Shown: positions 50,301 to 63,381 of the stretch, one piece after another
Layout: each line of letters begins with the position of its first letter
Position numbering within the stretch: position 1 is the first letter of the stretch
Assembly: GCF_006345805.1 (NCBI RefSeq)
Contig: NC_043010.1
Span: 29,078,001-29,142,000 of the forward strand
Origin: Octopus sinensis
Lineage: Eukaryota
Length of the DNA: 64,000 nt
Direction: 5' to 3'
The notes under the pieces: model-generated
What the model saw: the letters and a program-made list of their open reading frames with translations, nothing else
Databases searched by the model: none
What the model was told of the DNA's origin: nothing
Translations under genes and position numbers: made by a program

Positions 50301-52153
50301 TGACGATTATGAATCTGAAAGTGAACGTTCATGAAAAGCATTTAAGCATAGTGATAATAATGCGAAAGCTCGACCCAATCGTAAATATTGCAATAGTTAA
50401 TTAAAGTTTGGGTTTCATTGGACTGACAACGAGGATCAACTAAACACTCACATCTTCAATGTATTATTTCTAAAGACTGTTAAAGGATGAATGCTTCTGA
50501 AAAGGCTCACGTCGCGTCTCTTGAGAAAGCTGAAATGATTGCACTACTTTAGCCAAGTCGATTATCTTACCCACTTGTAGAAAGATGATTAAAACCATGT
50601 TAGATGATGAAGCCGAGCAAGGAACAAGATTCCGCTCTCCATAGGAGAATTATAGACTTATCTGCTGATATAGAGGAAAATGTACAGAACAAACTTCAGA
50701 ACTCGGAGTTTGCTCTACAGGTTGATGAATCAACTGACATTAGCAACAAAGTATAATTACTTACATTTATTCGCTTTATTGATGGTAACCGAATCATAAA
50801 TTTGTTGCGAAGAAATGCCACTCACTATAAGAGGACAAAATAGTTTTGACATTTTATCTGCTTACCTCGAAAAATGGAATTTATCCTGGAATTCTTGTAT
50901 TGGAATATGTACCAACGGGGCACCATCTATGATAGGCTCTATTAAAGGTTTTGTATCGCTCATACAACAGCAAAATCCTAAAATTATACGTACTCATTGT
51001 TTCCTACGTAAGGAGGTACTAGTTTCAAAAACAATACTTGTTGAGTTAAAGCAAGTACTAAACCAAGTTGTTGAAATGGTTAATTATATTAAAAGTAGGC
51101 TGTTGAAGTGTTGTTTATTTGAACAAATTTGTGTAGATATGGATTCACAGCACAAATACTTAATTTTACACACAAAAGTCAGATGACTCTCAAGAGGTAA
51201 GGTGCTATGTCTCATACATGAACTCCAGAAGAAATTGCATGCATTTTTAAAAAGAAGTAAAGTATGAACGCTTCTTGGAATATCTACAATGTGAATTTTT
51301 AGTTTCTAAGCTGGAATATTTAGCAGAGATATGTGTACAACTTAATAGCGTCAACACAATTATGTAAGAAAGAGATGAAAACATTCTCACTTCGACAGAT
51401 AAGCTGGTTTCATTTAAAAAGAAAATTGTTATTTGGTAAAATGAAGCTGAAGGTGGTAACTTCGAAATGTTTCCCTTGATACGTAAAAGTTGCATAAAAG
51501 AAATGACTCCTATTGTATTTGAACATTCGACAAATCTGGAAGAAAGCATAAACTTTTATTTTCCGTCATTGAACACAGAAGAGTACGATTGGGTTCGAAA
51601 TCCCCTCATAAAAATTCCATTTAATATTGGTCTGAAAGTATGTGAAGAAGAGGAATTGACATCTATATGCAGTGATGGCGGACTTAAAATCAAGTATGTT
51701 GAGTTACCTATTGATATATTTTGGAGAATACCTCTCAGTAGCAAAAACAACTTTATCCGTTTTGATGCAGTTTTCCTCATCGTGTTTATGTGAGTTGGAA
51801 TTTTCAACCTTTAATAACATCAAATCCCCCCCCCCCCACCAAAAAAAGAGAGAGGCTCCGTTGCATCGAAGAAGAAATGAGGGTTTGTTTTTCTCAAATA
51901 ATCCCAATATTGAAAACCTTTCCAAAAAACATCAAGCGCATGTTTCTCATTGGTAACTTTGCTTCAAATAAAGTGTAACCTCGTGTACTTTTTCTGTATT
52001 TCTAATTACCTATATATTACTTTATAGTTTATGCTTTCGTAATATATATAAAACCCCTTTTGAATAAATTTTAGAATTTATGTACAAAGTGCGCCAAAAT
52101 ATTTTGACTACTTGTAAGGTGCGCCGTGAGTAACAAAAGTTTGGGAACCACTG
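47365..52153 (+). mobile_element. hAT transposon (Buster/Charlie, ZBED5-like transposase pseudogene about 50270-51955)
   Basis: TIRs cagtggttcctaaac / gtttgggaaccactg; 8-bp TSD ctctagta at 47357-47364 and 52154-52161; FALQVDESTD, CIGICTNGAPSM, THCFLRKEVL, LCELEFS motifs. Confidence 0.95.
47494..48729 (+). mobile_element. Full-length mariner (DD34D) pseudogene nested in the hAT element
   Basis: Perfect 29-bp TIRs tatcaggtcatcccataagttctgtccga with TA TSD; transposase has stops and frameshifts; same family as 5662-6925. Confidence 0.95.
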
Positions 52154-52532
52154 CTCTAGTAACACAGGAATGGATGGCTGAAAATTTTCCCGATAACATA
52201 ACCCCTAACTTTTGGCGTCCTAATTCCCCAGATCTCAATCCATTGGACTATTACATGTAGAACTTTGCTGAGAGAGAGGTCAATGAACATGCCCATAACA
52301 CCAAAGACTCTTTGAAAGCCGCCATAGTCAGAGTAATGTCCAAAATGAACCAGGGCCACTTGATTCAAGCATTTAGATTTCGTATAGAAGCGGTTATTAA
52401 AGCTGAAGGTGGCTTTATTAAGTAACATTATAGAAAAGGTTTATTTTAATCCTCTTAGAATTTTTTGATCAATAAAGTTATTATCTGTTATTATATAAAC
52501 ATAAACCTGTCCTCAAATATCATACGCACCCT

Positions 52533-52574
<42 letters not shown>

Positions 52575-52770
52575 GTACATACATACATACATATATATAT
52601 ACTGACGCACGCACACACATACAAATACACACATATGCACACATACATACATACATACATACATACATACATACATACACACATGTATCTGCTCATATCT
52701 TCTAGCAACAATAATACTGAATCCCTGAGCTGGCATAAATTATTTAAGGATCAAGCTCGTTCTCACTGTA

Positions 52771-53655
52771 CGTGGAATGACCAATAAGTATCCAAAATGT
52801 TGCCATAATATTGAAGCTAAGGCATGCAGAGTGAAGCTGCTTGGCACAGATTAACCTTGAACACTGCTGTGCATGCGCACTAAGTTTTAACATTCTAGCT
52901 CACTTCCGCTATTTACAGCAGTGCTTGGAAGGAAAGTGCGTAGCGTGTGATCGTCGCTTTGACCATGACAGAGAAAGTTGAGCAGAGAATTTGCACCAAA
53001 TTTTGCTAAAAGTTTGGTGATACCTGCTCAGAGGCTTACACAAAAAGTTTTCAGCAATTTCGACAAAATCAAGGAGATCCTGTGCAACTGAAACCCGAAT
53101 GTCTTTTTGGTCAGCTGAAAGCAGTTTTGGTACAAACTTGGCAGACACGCGTCTCATACCCAAATCTTCAGTGATAATGGACTGAACTGAACCGTAAGTA
53201 ATCTGCACATCCTCTGATAACTCACGGATGGTGATTCGACGATTTCCCCTCACAGCTGCACGTACATCTGCGATGTTTTTCTCAGTTCTGCTGGTAATGT
53301 AACTCCCAGAACGTTCGTCACTACCGACATTTTTCGGCCATTTTGGAAACGTCTGAACCACTTGTACACTCGTGTGCAGCTCATACACTCCTCTCCATGC
53401 ACTTTCTGCAACTTTGTATAGTCCTCTGTGCAGGTATCGCCATGACAACTTTCTCTGTTATGGTCAATGCGACGATCACATGCTATGCACCTTCCTTCCA
53501 AGCCCCGCTTTAAATAGCGATTGCGAGTTAGAGCGTTAAAACTTAGTGCGCATGCATAGCAGTGTTCAAGGTTCATCTTTGTCAAGCGGTTTCACTCTCC
53601 GTACTTTAGCTTTGTTACTATGGCAACAGTCCGGATACTTATTGATCAGACCCAG
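52771..53655. mobile_element. Mariner-derived fold-back element made of two head-to-head 5' ends
   Basis: Left 52771-~53055 and right ~53405-53655 are inverted copies including the MTEKV transposase start. The minus strand continues to VSAKFVPKLLSADQK. Confidence 0.8.
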
Positions 53656-54050
53656 TGCAACCCTTGCTTACACTGGGCGGAAACTGAAGGAGGCCCGTTG
53701 CATATGTGTGTGTGTGTGTGTGTGTGCGTTTGTTTGTGCTTCTGTTACACACACACACTGCTAACAGTTGCTGGTTTGCTTATGTCCCCGTAACTTAGCG
53801 GCTCAGCAAAAGAGACCTTTAGAATTAGTAACAGACTTTAACAAACAGATAAGTAGAAGGGTCGATTTGTTCGAAAAAGGCTGTGCCTCAGAAGTTTTGG
53901 AGTTTCCTTGCACAGACAATCAAGTTGATTATACCACGAGAAGCACGGAATCCTTGAAAAGTAGGCTTCATGTTCATCCACAGCTGAGCAAGATGAATTA
54001 CTCGACGAGCTAACGATTCTACCTGCTCGCCGCCTTACTACTACTACTAG

Positions 54051-54127
<77 letters not shown>

Positions 54128-55227
54128 ATAATAATAATAATAATAATAATAATAAGTACCAGGCAGTGGTTTTCGTGACTTCTGATCTTAACTGATTGGA
54201 AGTGTTATCATGTACATTGTTTTGTCTTGGTATAAAAGATGGGCTACAGCAAATATTCTGCTCAATACCACAGATTTGCTTGTTGGTTCTTTGACCTTAA
54301 CCAGTTGAGCATGTCCCTTAGTAGCTGACGATATGTGCATCCCTGATCACGAGCAGAAGTAGTGGGGGAGCATCATAGCCATGTGTTGAGAGGGATTCTT
54401 TGAGGTTTGAATAATTCACCTCTGGAAACATGGGTGCTTCGTTCATATCCTTAAACAATCGTTATTCAGGGACCTTTCGAGCGGGATGGGTTACTCGACC
54501 AGAAGACAATTCTAACTGGGCCCCACCTGCAAGGTCATGTGCTGTTTATCTTGATATGAGATCATCATGTCGCGCACATACAGTTGTGATGCATGTGCCT
54601 AGTGTATCCTTGTCAGACGGGTGTACTGGGCTTCGTATACGCCACTTTTCCTTCTTTATAATTCGAACTAAATATATTCATCATGTCTCACGTTTGTATT
54701 TGTTCACAATTCGGGGAAATTAGATCACCCGAAGGTTCCAGGTTCAACCCTCACTCAATTTGGAACAGCAGAACACTTAAGAGTCATGTCCTAGGTAGGA
54801 TTAACTCTCTTAGACTGTCAAAATCTAGAGGGCTAAAACGCTTGCTTGACGGGAGTTTCTCTTCTGAAGATTTGTACTATTGTGGCACGCCACGAAGAAA
54901 GTTTCCACTTACTAACAAAGCATAGCATAGTAAAAATAAATACTGTTATAAGAAACTCCAATTAAGACTGTTTTCTACATTTGGTCTTTCAAGATGCCTG
55001 TATTTTGATTTTTAGGTCATTTGAATTCAGTTTTTTAGGACTGGTTTTATGACTGGCACCGTCTACAGATAGTTCTCGCAAAAGCAATCCCTCTCTCCGT
55101 CTGCTTGTCTTCGGTATGGTGAGTAACACAGATATTAATGTTATTTCTCGAGTTGTTAATAACTAAGCTTCATTTTCTTACCAACTACCTAAATTATAGC
55201 TAATTATATTTATACATACATACGTTA

Positions 55228-55338
<111 letters not shown>

Positions 55339-55348
55339 GTATATATAC

Positions 55349-55396
<48 letters not shown>

Positions 55397-55439
55397 CGAC
55401 AGAGGTAGAGAGAGGGAGAGTCTCAGAAACACATATATT

Positions 55440-56301
55440 CAGGGTGTTCGGGTTAAATTTGACAGATTGCATAAAAGGAAAAGTAAACAACAATATCCCA
55501 TCCAAAAATAAAAATATTTTAAAATATCAAAACATATCAACTAGATTACTGGCCGGGAGATGACAGTTTACTCAAAGTAGCAGCCCTCAACTTCCACCTC
55601 GGCCTCAACATGGTACATATTTTCGCGCATATTTTCCCCACTGTGTCTCGGAAAACATTTTGAAACACTTGCTTAATCTTGGCCACTAGCTTGGTTTTAG
55701 AGTTGCAGGCAGAGCGGTTAGTGTCTTTCTCAACCGCACCTCACAAATGGTAATCAAAGGGATTACAATCGGCGAATTAGGAGGGCAGAAATTGGTGTAG
55801 ATGAAGTCTTAGAAATTTTTCCAATAATCACTTCTGAATCTTTCCGGAGGTGTGGCATAGAGCCGAATTATGTTGCCACACACATCATTCCAGCAGCAAC
55901 CCTCTTCAACAATGGATTGACCATAGTCTCTAGCAGCTTCCCATAGTCGTTTGATTGAGCTTATGACCCTTTTCAAGAGTATGGGGATGAACTTCATCGT
56001 GTGGACGCGGTCAGAACGCCTGCTGCACTGCTCACTGCTGGCCACAACTTCGTAGTCTCCGTTGCAGCTGACCACGTTACGTCTTACAGCCTTTACAGGG
56101 AATTTAGCAGCAGTCATGATGTCGGCATTTTGATATCCGGCGCAAATCATCATGACACAGATAACTTTTCTAATATTCAGATGGCTTCAAGTAGCTACAG
56201 TCTTAATCATTATTCTTTCCAGCGTCGTTCACTATTCCCCAATGCTTCAAGTTATTCCTAAAAACGGAGACGTAAAATTTAAATTTAACCCGAACACCTT
56301 G
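55440..56301 (-). mobile_element. maT-like (DD37D-type) deleted element; a related copy begins at about 63752 and runs off the window
   Basis: TIRs cagggtgttcgggttaaattt / aaatttaacccgaacaccttg-TA; minus-strand PPNSP-..NPFDYHL..AVEKDTN motif. Confidence 0.8.
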
Positions 56302-56303
56302 TA

Positions 56304-57560
56304 ATGGCAGCTACAAGAAGTTGTTCCTCTAGCGATCAAGAACACTTCTATTGTCCATCTGTACTGAGAAAGGTTAACAGGCAGTCTTGTGGCGACCACC
56401 GAGGAATTTCTTTCCTTGTCATCGCTGGCAAGATACTCGCAAGAGCTCACCTTATTCGCTTCACTCAGCATAGGGAAGAAGGGAATCTGATAGAGAGTCA
56501 GTGTGGCTACAGAGAGCAGTGGGACAGTCGACTTTATCTTTGTTGCACATCAACTTCAGGAAAATGCCAGGAACAGAACAGGGACCTATATATGTTTGCA
56601 GTCTTAATCAAGGCCTTTAACACCGTCAGACATGAGAAGTTGGGTAAGTTTGGTTGCCCGGATAAATTCATCAGCATGGTGAGACAGTTTCACGACGGCA
56701 TGCTCGCTTGAGTACTAGACATTGGAGATATTTCCGATTCATTCCCATTCCGATTCATTCCCGTCAAGCAGGGTTGTGTACTCACACCTACGCTGTTCAA
56801 CACGATAATCTCAATCATGCTGTCGGATGCCTTCTGCAACAAAAACGAATCTAACATTAGGATCAGATTCAGGACTGTAGTATGTGGAGGCTACAGGTCA
56901 AGACTAAGGGGGAACTTCCTATTTGCGCGACTTCCTTTTTGCAGATGACTGCCCACTCAATACCACCACAGAGAAACAGGTGCAACGAAGAATGAATTGC
57001 TTTTCCGTTGTCCGAAACAACTTTGGCCTCACAATCAGTACTCAGAAGATAGAGGTCATGCACCAACCCGCTCCACAGAAGCCGGATGTGGAATCAACTA
57101 TCACTATTGAATAGGAAATCCTGAAGATTGTTAATGAGTTCACGTACCTCGGCAGCACACACAGCAGATCTGTGAGGCTGGCTACCAAGTTGAAAGTGTA
57201 CCAAGCAGCTGTATCGCCTACGCTACGGTGCGCCTGCGACACGGTTTACGAACGCCACGTCACAAAGCTTCACCATGAACTACCTGAGAAAGCTGTTGAA
57301 AATCACCTGGTAAAACAAAATCCTTGACACAAAGGCCCTCTCTCGAACTGATCTGTCAAGTGTTTACACACTGCTGAGAAGAGATGAAAGTAAGGTGGGC
57401 AGGTCACCTTGTTCGAAAACCTGACAAGCGACTCCCCAAGAGACTGTTTTACAGAGAAAAACGGAAGGCTAGTCCACGCAAGGTGGACAGAAGAAGCGCT
57501 CTAGGGACACACACAAAAGCTCACTGAAGAGCTTTGAGATCAACCTTGACACCTCTGCTC
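56304..57560 (+). pseudogene. RTE/BovB-like LINE RT, 5' truncated and decayed
   Basis: CGDHRGISFLVIAGKILAR, ESQCGYR, KFGCPDKFISMVRQFHDGM, DFLFADDCPL, FTYLGST motifs. Confidence 0.9.
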
Positions 57561-57635
57561 CAAGATTCATTGTTCCAAAAATTAACTGTTTCACATTCTT
57601 CTGAAAATTTACAAATTATTTTATATAAACATACA

Positions 57636-58036
57636 TACTCTTTACTCTTTACTTGTTTCAGGCATTTGACTGCGGCCATGCTGGAGCACCGCCTTTAGTC
57701 GAGCAAATCGACCCCGGGACTTATTCTTGTAAGCCCAGTACTTATTCTATCAGTCTCTTTTGCCGAACCGCTAAGTAACGGGGACGTAAACACACCAGCA
57801 TCGGTTGTCAGGCAATGCTAGGGGGACAAACACAGACACACAAACATATACACACACATATATATTTATATACGACAGGCTTCTTTCAGTTTCCGTCTAC
57901 CAAATCCACTCACAAAGCATTGGTCGGCCCGGGGCTATAGCAGAAGACACTTGCCCAAGGTGCCACGCAGTGGGACTGAACCCGGGACCATGTGGTTGGT
58001 TAGCAAGCTACTTACCACACAGCCACTCCTGCGCCT
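57636..58036 (-). mobile_element. Full-length tRNA-derived SINE family A
   Basis: Head is the reverse complement of 3304-3570; (tactctt)-type tail at 57636-57655. Confidence 0.9.
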
Positions 58037-58064
58037 AATACATACACATATATATACATGCTGG

Positions 58065-58660
58065 GGTAAACGGCAGTCGAAACAGCTGTCAAGCTTCTAA
58101 CAGCTTACAAGGACGCTGCCATAAACAAATCACAAATTTACGAGTGGCTTTCACGCTTTAGGAAGAATAACTTGTCACTTGAAGATCAACCTCGTTCAGA
58201 GCGTTCGTCGACCTCTTAAACGAATGAAAACATGAACTGAAGCGAACGAAAATTCATGAACTGAACTTGTAGGACCATCACCGAACAATTGACAAACTTG
58301 TTGATATGGCTAGTGTGTCCCGGAGCTCCTGCCAACGAATTTTGAGCCAGGAATTGAGAATGAAAAGAGCTGAGACAAAATTTGTGCCTCGCTTGCTCAC
58401 GGAAGATCAAAAGCAGTTACGACTGAATGTGTGTCGTGAACTGAAAGAGTCGTTGGAATTTGAACAGGGCCTCTTTTCGAAGGTCATCACTGGCGTCGAA
58501 AGCTGGTACTACGGAATTTGCAGGTGTCAAAGAGATGAAGAAAAAACGACGGAGGCGTTAAAAAGCATCACTTTGCAAAAATTCCAGCACTGTTTCAAAT
58601 AGTGGGAAACGCATCTGGACCCATACATTACTCCAAATGGAGAATACTTTGAAGGCGATA
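58065..58660 (+). mobile_element. Mariner remnant
   Basis: LGKTAVET..KSQIYEWLSRFRK HTH, KFVPRLLTEDQKQ, KVITGVESW. Confidence 0.8.
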
Positions 58661-58881
58661 AGAGTGTAAATTTGTCATCCCAGTTACTTATTACAGCCTT
58701 GTACTCGACTGACACTAAAGTATATGTATATGGAGTCCAACACCAGATTATCAGCCTCGCAATATCTAAGCGAAATAGGGATGTGTGTGTGTTTGTGTGT
58801 GTGCATATACACATGATATACAAATGTATATACATGCATATCTGTATTCTCTATATTCATATAGATATACCTCCATGTTTA

Positions 58882-60170
58882 CGAGGGGTGTATGAAAAGT
58901 TTTGAGCCTAACCTAGAAACAGGGCTGCTAGGTAGCTGAAACAATTTTTGCTGGTAAGCACAGTCTTTTCGGAGTATTGTTGCTCATTTTCATGATTTTG
59001 ATATTTTAATTTTTTATGTTACAGATTTTTGAATAAACAAGTGTCGAGGTTACAAGGAAAATGAAGAAAACTGAGTATCGTGCTGTCAAATGAGTATCTT
59101 CATTTGAAAGGCAAGACTCCATCAGAAATACATGAAGATACAGTGAGAACCTTAACAGACAATGCTCCTTCATATGCAACAGTCAATCGCTGGGTAAATG
59201 AATTCCAGCATCGCAGGGAGAGTGTGGAAGATGATCACACACGAGGGAGGTCTCCAGCTGCAACCACCGAGGACAACATTGACCTTGCTCTTGGTATGAT
59301 ATTGCAAGATCATCGAATATCAATCATGTCGCCAGACAGCTGAGAGACTGGGAATATCAAATGAAAGAGCAGACAACATTATGACAAAAGAACTTGGGTT
59401 CTCAAAGGTTTCTGCAAGGTGGATCCCTCGCCTTTTGATCCTGAACAGAAACGCACAAGGTGCACTTTGTTCACAAGCAAACTGGAACTGTTTGAAGCCG
59501 ATGAAGAGAATTTACTTGCTCGTTTTATTACTATGGACGAAAGTGGGGTTCATCACTACCAGTCTGAAACCAAAGAACAATCAAAGCAGTGGAAGCACGC
59601 ATTTCTCCTACCCCAAAGAAGGCCAGGTCATTCCTTCAGATGACAAGGTCATGGCGTCAGTTTTTGGGATTCTCAAGGTATCTTACTGATCGATAACCTT
59701 GAAAAGGGTCACACCGTGACAGAAATATTATTCTCAGCTACTGTAATGTCTCCAGGAAGCAATCAAAGAAAAAAGGCCAGGAATGCTCACCAGAGGAGTC
59801 CTTTTTCATCACGACAATGCTCCAGCCCACACATCAGTGGTTGCCATGGCAACAATTCGTGATTGTGGATACGAACTTATTCTCCATCTGCTTTATTCGC
59901 CAGACTTAGCCCTCTCTGACTTTCAGCTATTCCCAAATATGAAAAAAGCTTGGTTGCCATTTTGCCACTAACAATGACGTCATAGACACTGTAGGAAATT
60001 CCTTAGAGTCTCAAACAAAAGAGTTCCTCTATGCCGCGATAATGGCACTTCAGCACCGCTGGAGAAAGTGTTCAGCCATCAAAGGGGACTATGTTGAAAA
60101 ATAAATCATCAGATGTCTTGTACTATGTTTTTAAGTTTTTTGAGGCTCAAGATTTTTCAGATACCCCTCA
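58882..60170 (+). mobile_element. Full-length mariner pseudogene (DD34D, irritans/Hsmar2-like)
   Basis: TA-cgaggggtgtatgaaaagttttgagcct / aggctcaagatttttcagatacccctca-TA TIRs; WIPRLL, FITMDES, HHDNAPAH...YSPDLALSD with 34 residues between the two Asp. Confidence 0.92.
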
Positions 60171-60924
60171 TATTTATCTGTACGTATAAATGTGTATGTT
60201 TATGCGAGTGCGTATGTCTCAATGTATATTCATGAGAATCACATGTTTGAGAATCACGTGTTTGAGAATTTGAGACTGACCGAGATAATAAAAGTACATG
60301 TTATGCGCGCGCACGCACGCACACACACACATACGCAAATACGCTTGCGCGCGCGCACACACACACACACGCACACATATATAACTGCATGTCTTCTCTC
60401 GACTTTTCAAACGTGTATAAGTAGTCAATAACTCAAAACTCTAAACACTTGTTAAGAATCCGTAAGTCTTGTTTTCTTTTACCTCTTTATACATACATAC
60501 ATACATACATACATACATACATACATACATACATACATGCATGCATACATACATACATACATACATACATACATACATACATACATACATGCATACATAC
60601 ATACATGCATGTATGCATACATACATATATACACACATACATACATAATTTCATTACATACATCACAGGATTTAGACAAAGTTCTGGTTTAAGCATCCCA
60701 TATAACACTTACATAATTTTTTTAATTTTTGGAATATTTTTTGTTTTGGTTTTTGTATAATCATATGAATTTCCATGTGTAGAATACAAACTGGTAAAAG
60801 TTTTAAGAAAATAAAAAAATAAAAAAAAAAAGGTACGAGGGTTATATGAGGTGCTGAAATTAGAATTCCTCCAGGATTTAATTTCGAGCTACTATTAATT
60901 TCAGCCTCTGATAATATTATCAGA

Positions 60925-62436
60925 GAAATTGATATCATTATGCATGCGAGGAAATCACTTCTTTTTTTCGAGGATTCCACCTGGATTAAGAAGAGTGAGG
61001 ATTCTCTTTTCGATGTACCGATGGGGGCATACGACGGGGCTGAGTTATGTATGCTCATAGGAGCCTGTATTCTTCATAATCTAAAAATAGAATTCCCATT
61101 TATAGATGCAGGTTTATATAGGGATGACGGCCTTATAGCCACGCATAATCTAAACGGCCATGAATCAGATAGACTTAGGAAGGACCTTATTGCTTTCTTT
61201 CAAAGGATGGGCTTACGGGTTACAATAGATGCTAACCTGAATAGTGTAAATTTTTTAGACGTAAATTTTAATGTGAGGTCGGATAGATTTAAACCTTTGC
61301 GTAAGCCCAATGAAAAGCTATCGTACATTAGCAAAGATTCGAACCATCCACCAGTTATCCTTAGGAACTTAGTCAGCAATGTAGGTAGAAGAATATCTTC
61401 AATTTCTTCGGACGAGGCAGCATTCCATAATGCTGCACCTTATTACGATAGCGCATTAAAGAATAGTGGATTCTCTGAGAAGATCCAATACAGCCAGCTT
61501 AATGCTGATAATAATGCTGCACGAAGAACTAGGACCAGGAAAGTTTTGTGGTTCAACCCGGCTTTCAATTTGGCCGTAAAGACTAATATAGGTAAGGAAT
61601 TTTTGAGATTAGTCTCTAAGCATTTTAAGCAGGGCCATAAATTCTATAGGATATTTAATAGAAGAACCCTGAAGGTTAGCTATTCTTGTTGCAGAAATTT
61701 CGCCTCTTACATTAGCCAGCATAATAGGAATCTGATTGAGATTAAACATGGTGCCGAGCCCATTAAGAAATGCAATTGCAAAAATGAAAACTCCTGTCCG
61801 TTAGAAGGGAAATGTCTAGTAAAAGGAGTAGTTTATAGAGCCAAGGTACAAATAGAAGGCTCATCGGAATACAAGACATATACAGGGGCTTCAGAAAATT
61901 CGTTAAAAACACGATTTTATTCGCATAAAAATTCATTTAGATACCCAGAGAATAGGAAGAGGACCAGCCTAGCAAAATATGTCTGGGAACTAAAAGAAAA
62001 GGAAACCCCACCTTTCAACGTGACATGGAGCATTCTGGACAGAGCGGCACCATACAGGCATTGAGCACACAGGAATAATTTTAAATGCAATCTTTGCCTA
62101 TTAGAGAAACTGTATATTTTATTCAAAGACAATAATTCTTTGAATCAAAGAAGTGAGCTGATGAACTTATGTAGACACGCAACCAAATTTAAAATGTCAA
62201 ATATAAATATACCATATGGATATGGTATATATTTTGTATTTTTGATTTTTGAAATTTTGATTTTGACTCTTGGACTAGTATGTAAACGCGACGATGGATT
62301 TGTTTCGCGCTATGCAGATTTCATTCCGTATAGCAAAGTCTCATGCATATATTTTGTTTATATTTCTACATATACCTTAGGAAAAACCTTCGGCTTTGTT
62401 TATTTCATGTTATTGTACTGTATAGGATTACTTTGA
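60925..62436 (+). mobile_element. 5'-truncated Penelope-like element, RT plus C-terminal GIY-YIG (resembles the Hydra clade); one in-frame TGA at 62062-62064
   Basis: FDVPMGAYDGAELC, GLYRDDGL, KDSNHPP, CNCKNENSCPLEGKC, VVYRAKV..YTGAS..RFYSH, then after the TGA KCNLCLLEK..LNQRSEL..CRH in the same frame. Confidence 0.92.
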
Positions 62437-63343
62437 TTTTTAATTTATAGATGATCCAAAATAGGGTGTTATATTTTATATGTCTTTCGTATATTTTTCA
62501 TTATTGCACTCACCATTTTTTTAAAAAAGCAATGTTGTCAAAAATTAGAATTTTGATGTAAATATGTGTATAGCCATGGATATGTATTTGTAAGCATGCG
62601 TCTCTGTGTATGTGTAAGTGAGCGTATGCTTGTGCTTAAGCACACACATACACGTCTGTATGTGTATGTATCCATTTGAACTTGTGTGTTTGTATACTTG
62701 TCTCTCTATATATGTCAATAACGTGGTTACACAGCTTGTATACATAATTTTTCCTATTTCGTTTTTCCCCACCCCTCCTTTTTTCTTTTTTCCTTCCCCC
62801 TTCTTCGTTCCTTTTTCTCTCTCTTCCTTTCTTTGGTTTTTTTTTCTTACGTCCCCCTCACTTACTTGTCTTAAGCTTTGCTCCGTAAATAAGGAACGCT
62901 ACATTAGCATCGATGATTTTAACTTGTGTGCGAGATAGATTGCGTATATATATGCATGCATGCATTTGTGTGTATATTTTAGATTTATATTTATACGTCT
63001 GTATATGTATGGCGTTTGCACGCATCCTTCTGTGTATGTTGATATATATATATGTACACTTTAATATGAATATTATGCATTTTAATTTCTATGTATTAAT
63101 TATATTTCCTTCATTAACGTCAATATGTATTTTATTCAATGTAAGGTTTTTCCTCGAATTTTATAATTTTTATAATTTTTTAAAAAATATATATACATAT
63201 ATATTTTTGAGCTCATTTTTTGTTTATCGCTCGAAGATTGACCGTTATTTCTAAAGGGCCAATCAAACAAGTCCATTTTTTAAAGGTGTAGCGTTTGTAA
63301 GAGTCTGGATTGAATTGATATATCGGTTCCATTCTAACAAAAA

Positions 63344-63381
63344 CTGTCTGATGAACGGCAACGAGAAACTCAGAGTAACAG
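63344..63381 (+). ncRNA. Minimal type-I hammerhead ribozyme motif
   Basis: CTGT-CTGATGA-ACG-GCAA-CGA-GAAAC-TCAGA-GTA-ACAG: canonical core, stem I CTGT/ACAG, near-palindromic stem III ACTC-A-GAGT. Stem II is very short with an A-A closing mismatch. Confidence 0.65.

Larger units (their letters stand above)
46519..52533 (+). mobile_element. Tc1/mariner-superfamily maT-type (DD37D) element split by a hAT insertion
   Basis: TIRs (t)aggtgcgtaaggtatttgagga and tcctcaaatatcatacgcaccctg-TA. Rejoined frame reads D-PALSHTTLVTQEWMAENFPDNITPNFWRPNSPDLNPL-D, 37 residues between the two Asp. Confidence 0.88.

Noticed and set aside
58070-58095. GAAACAGCTGTC hammerhead-like half
   Set aside because: No upstream CUGANGA; the sequence is part of a mariner transposase HTH coding region.
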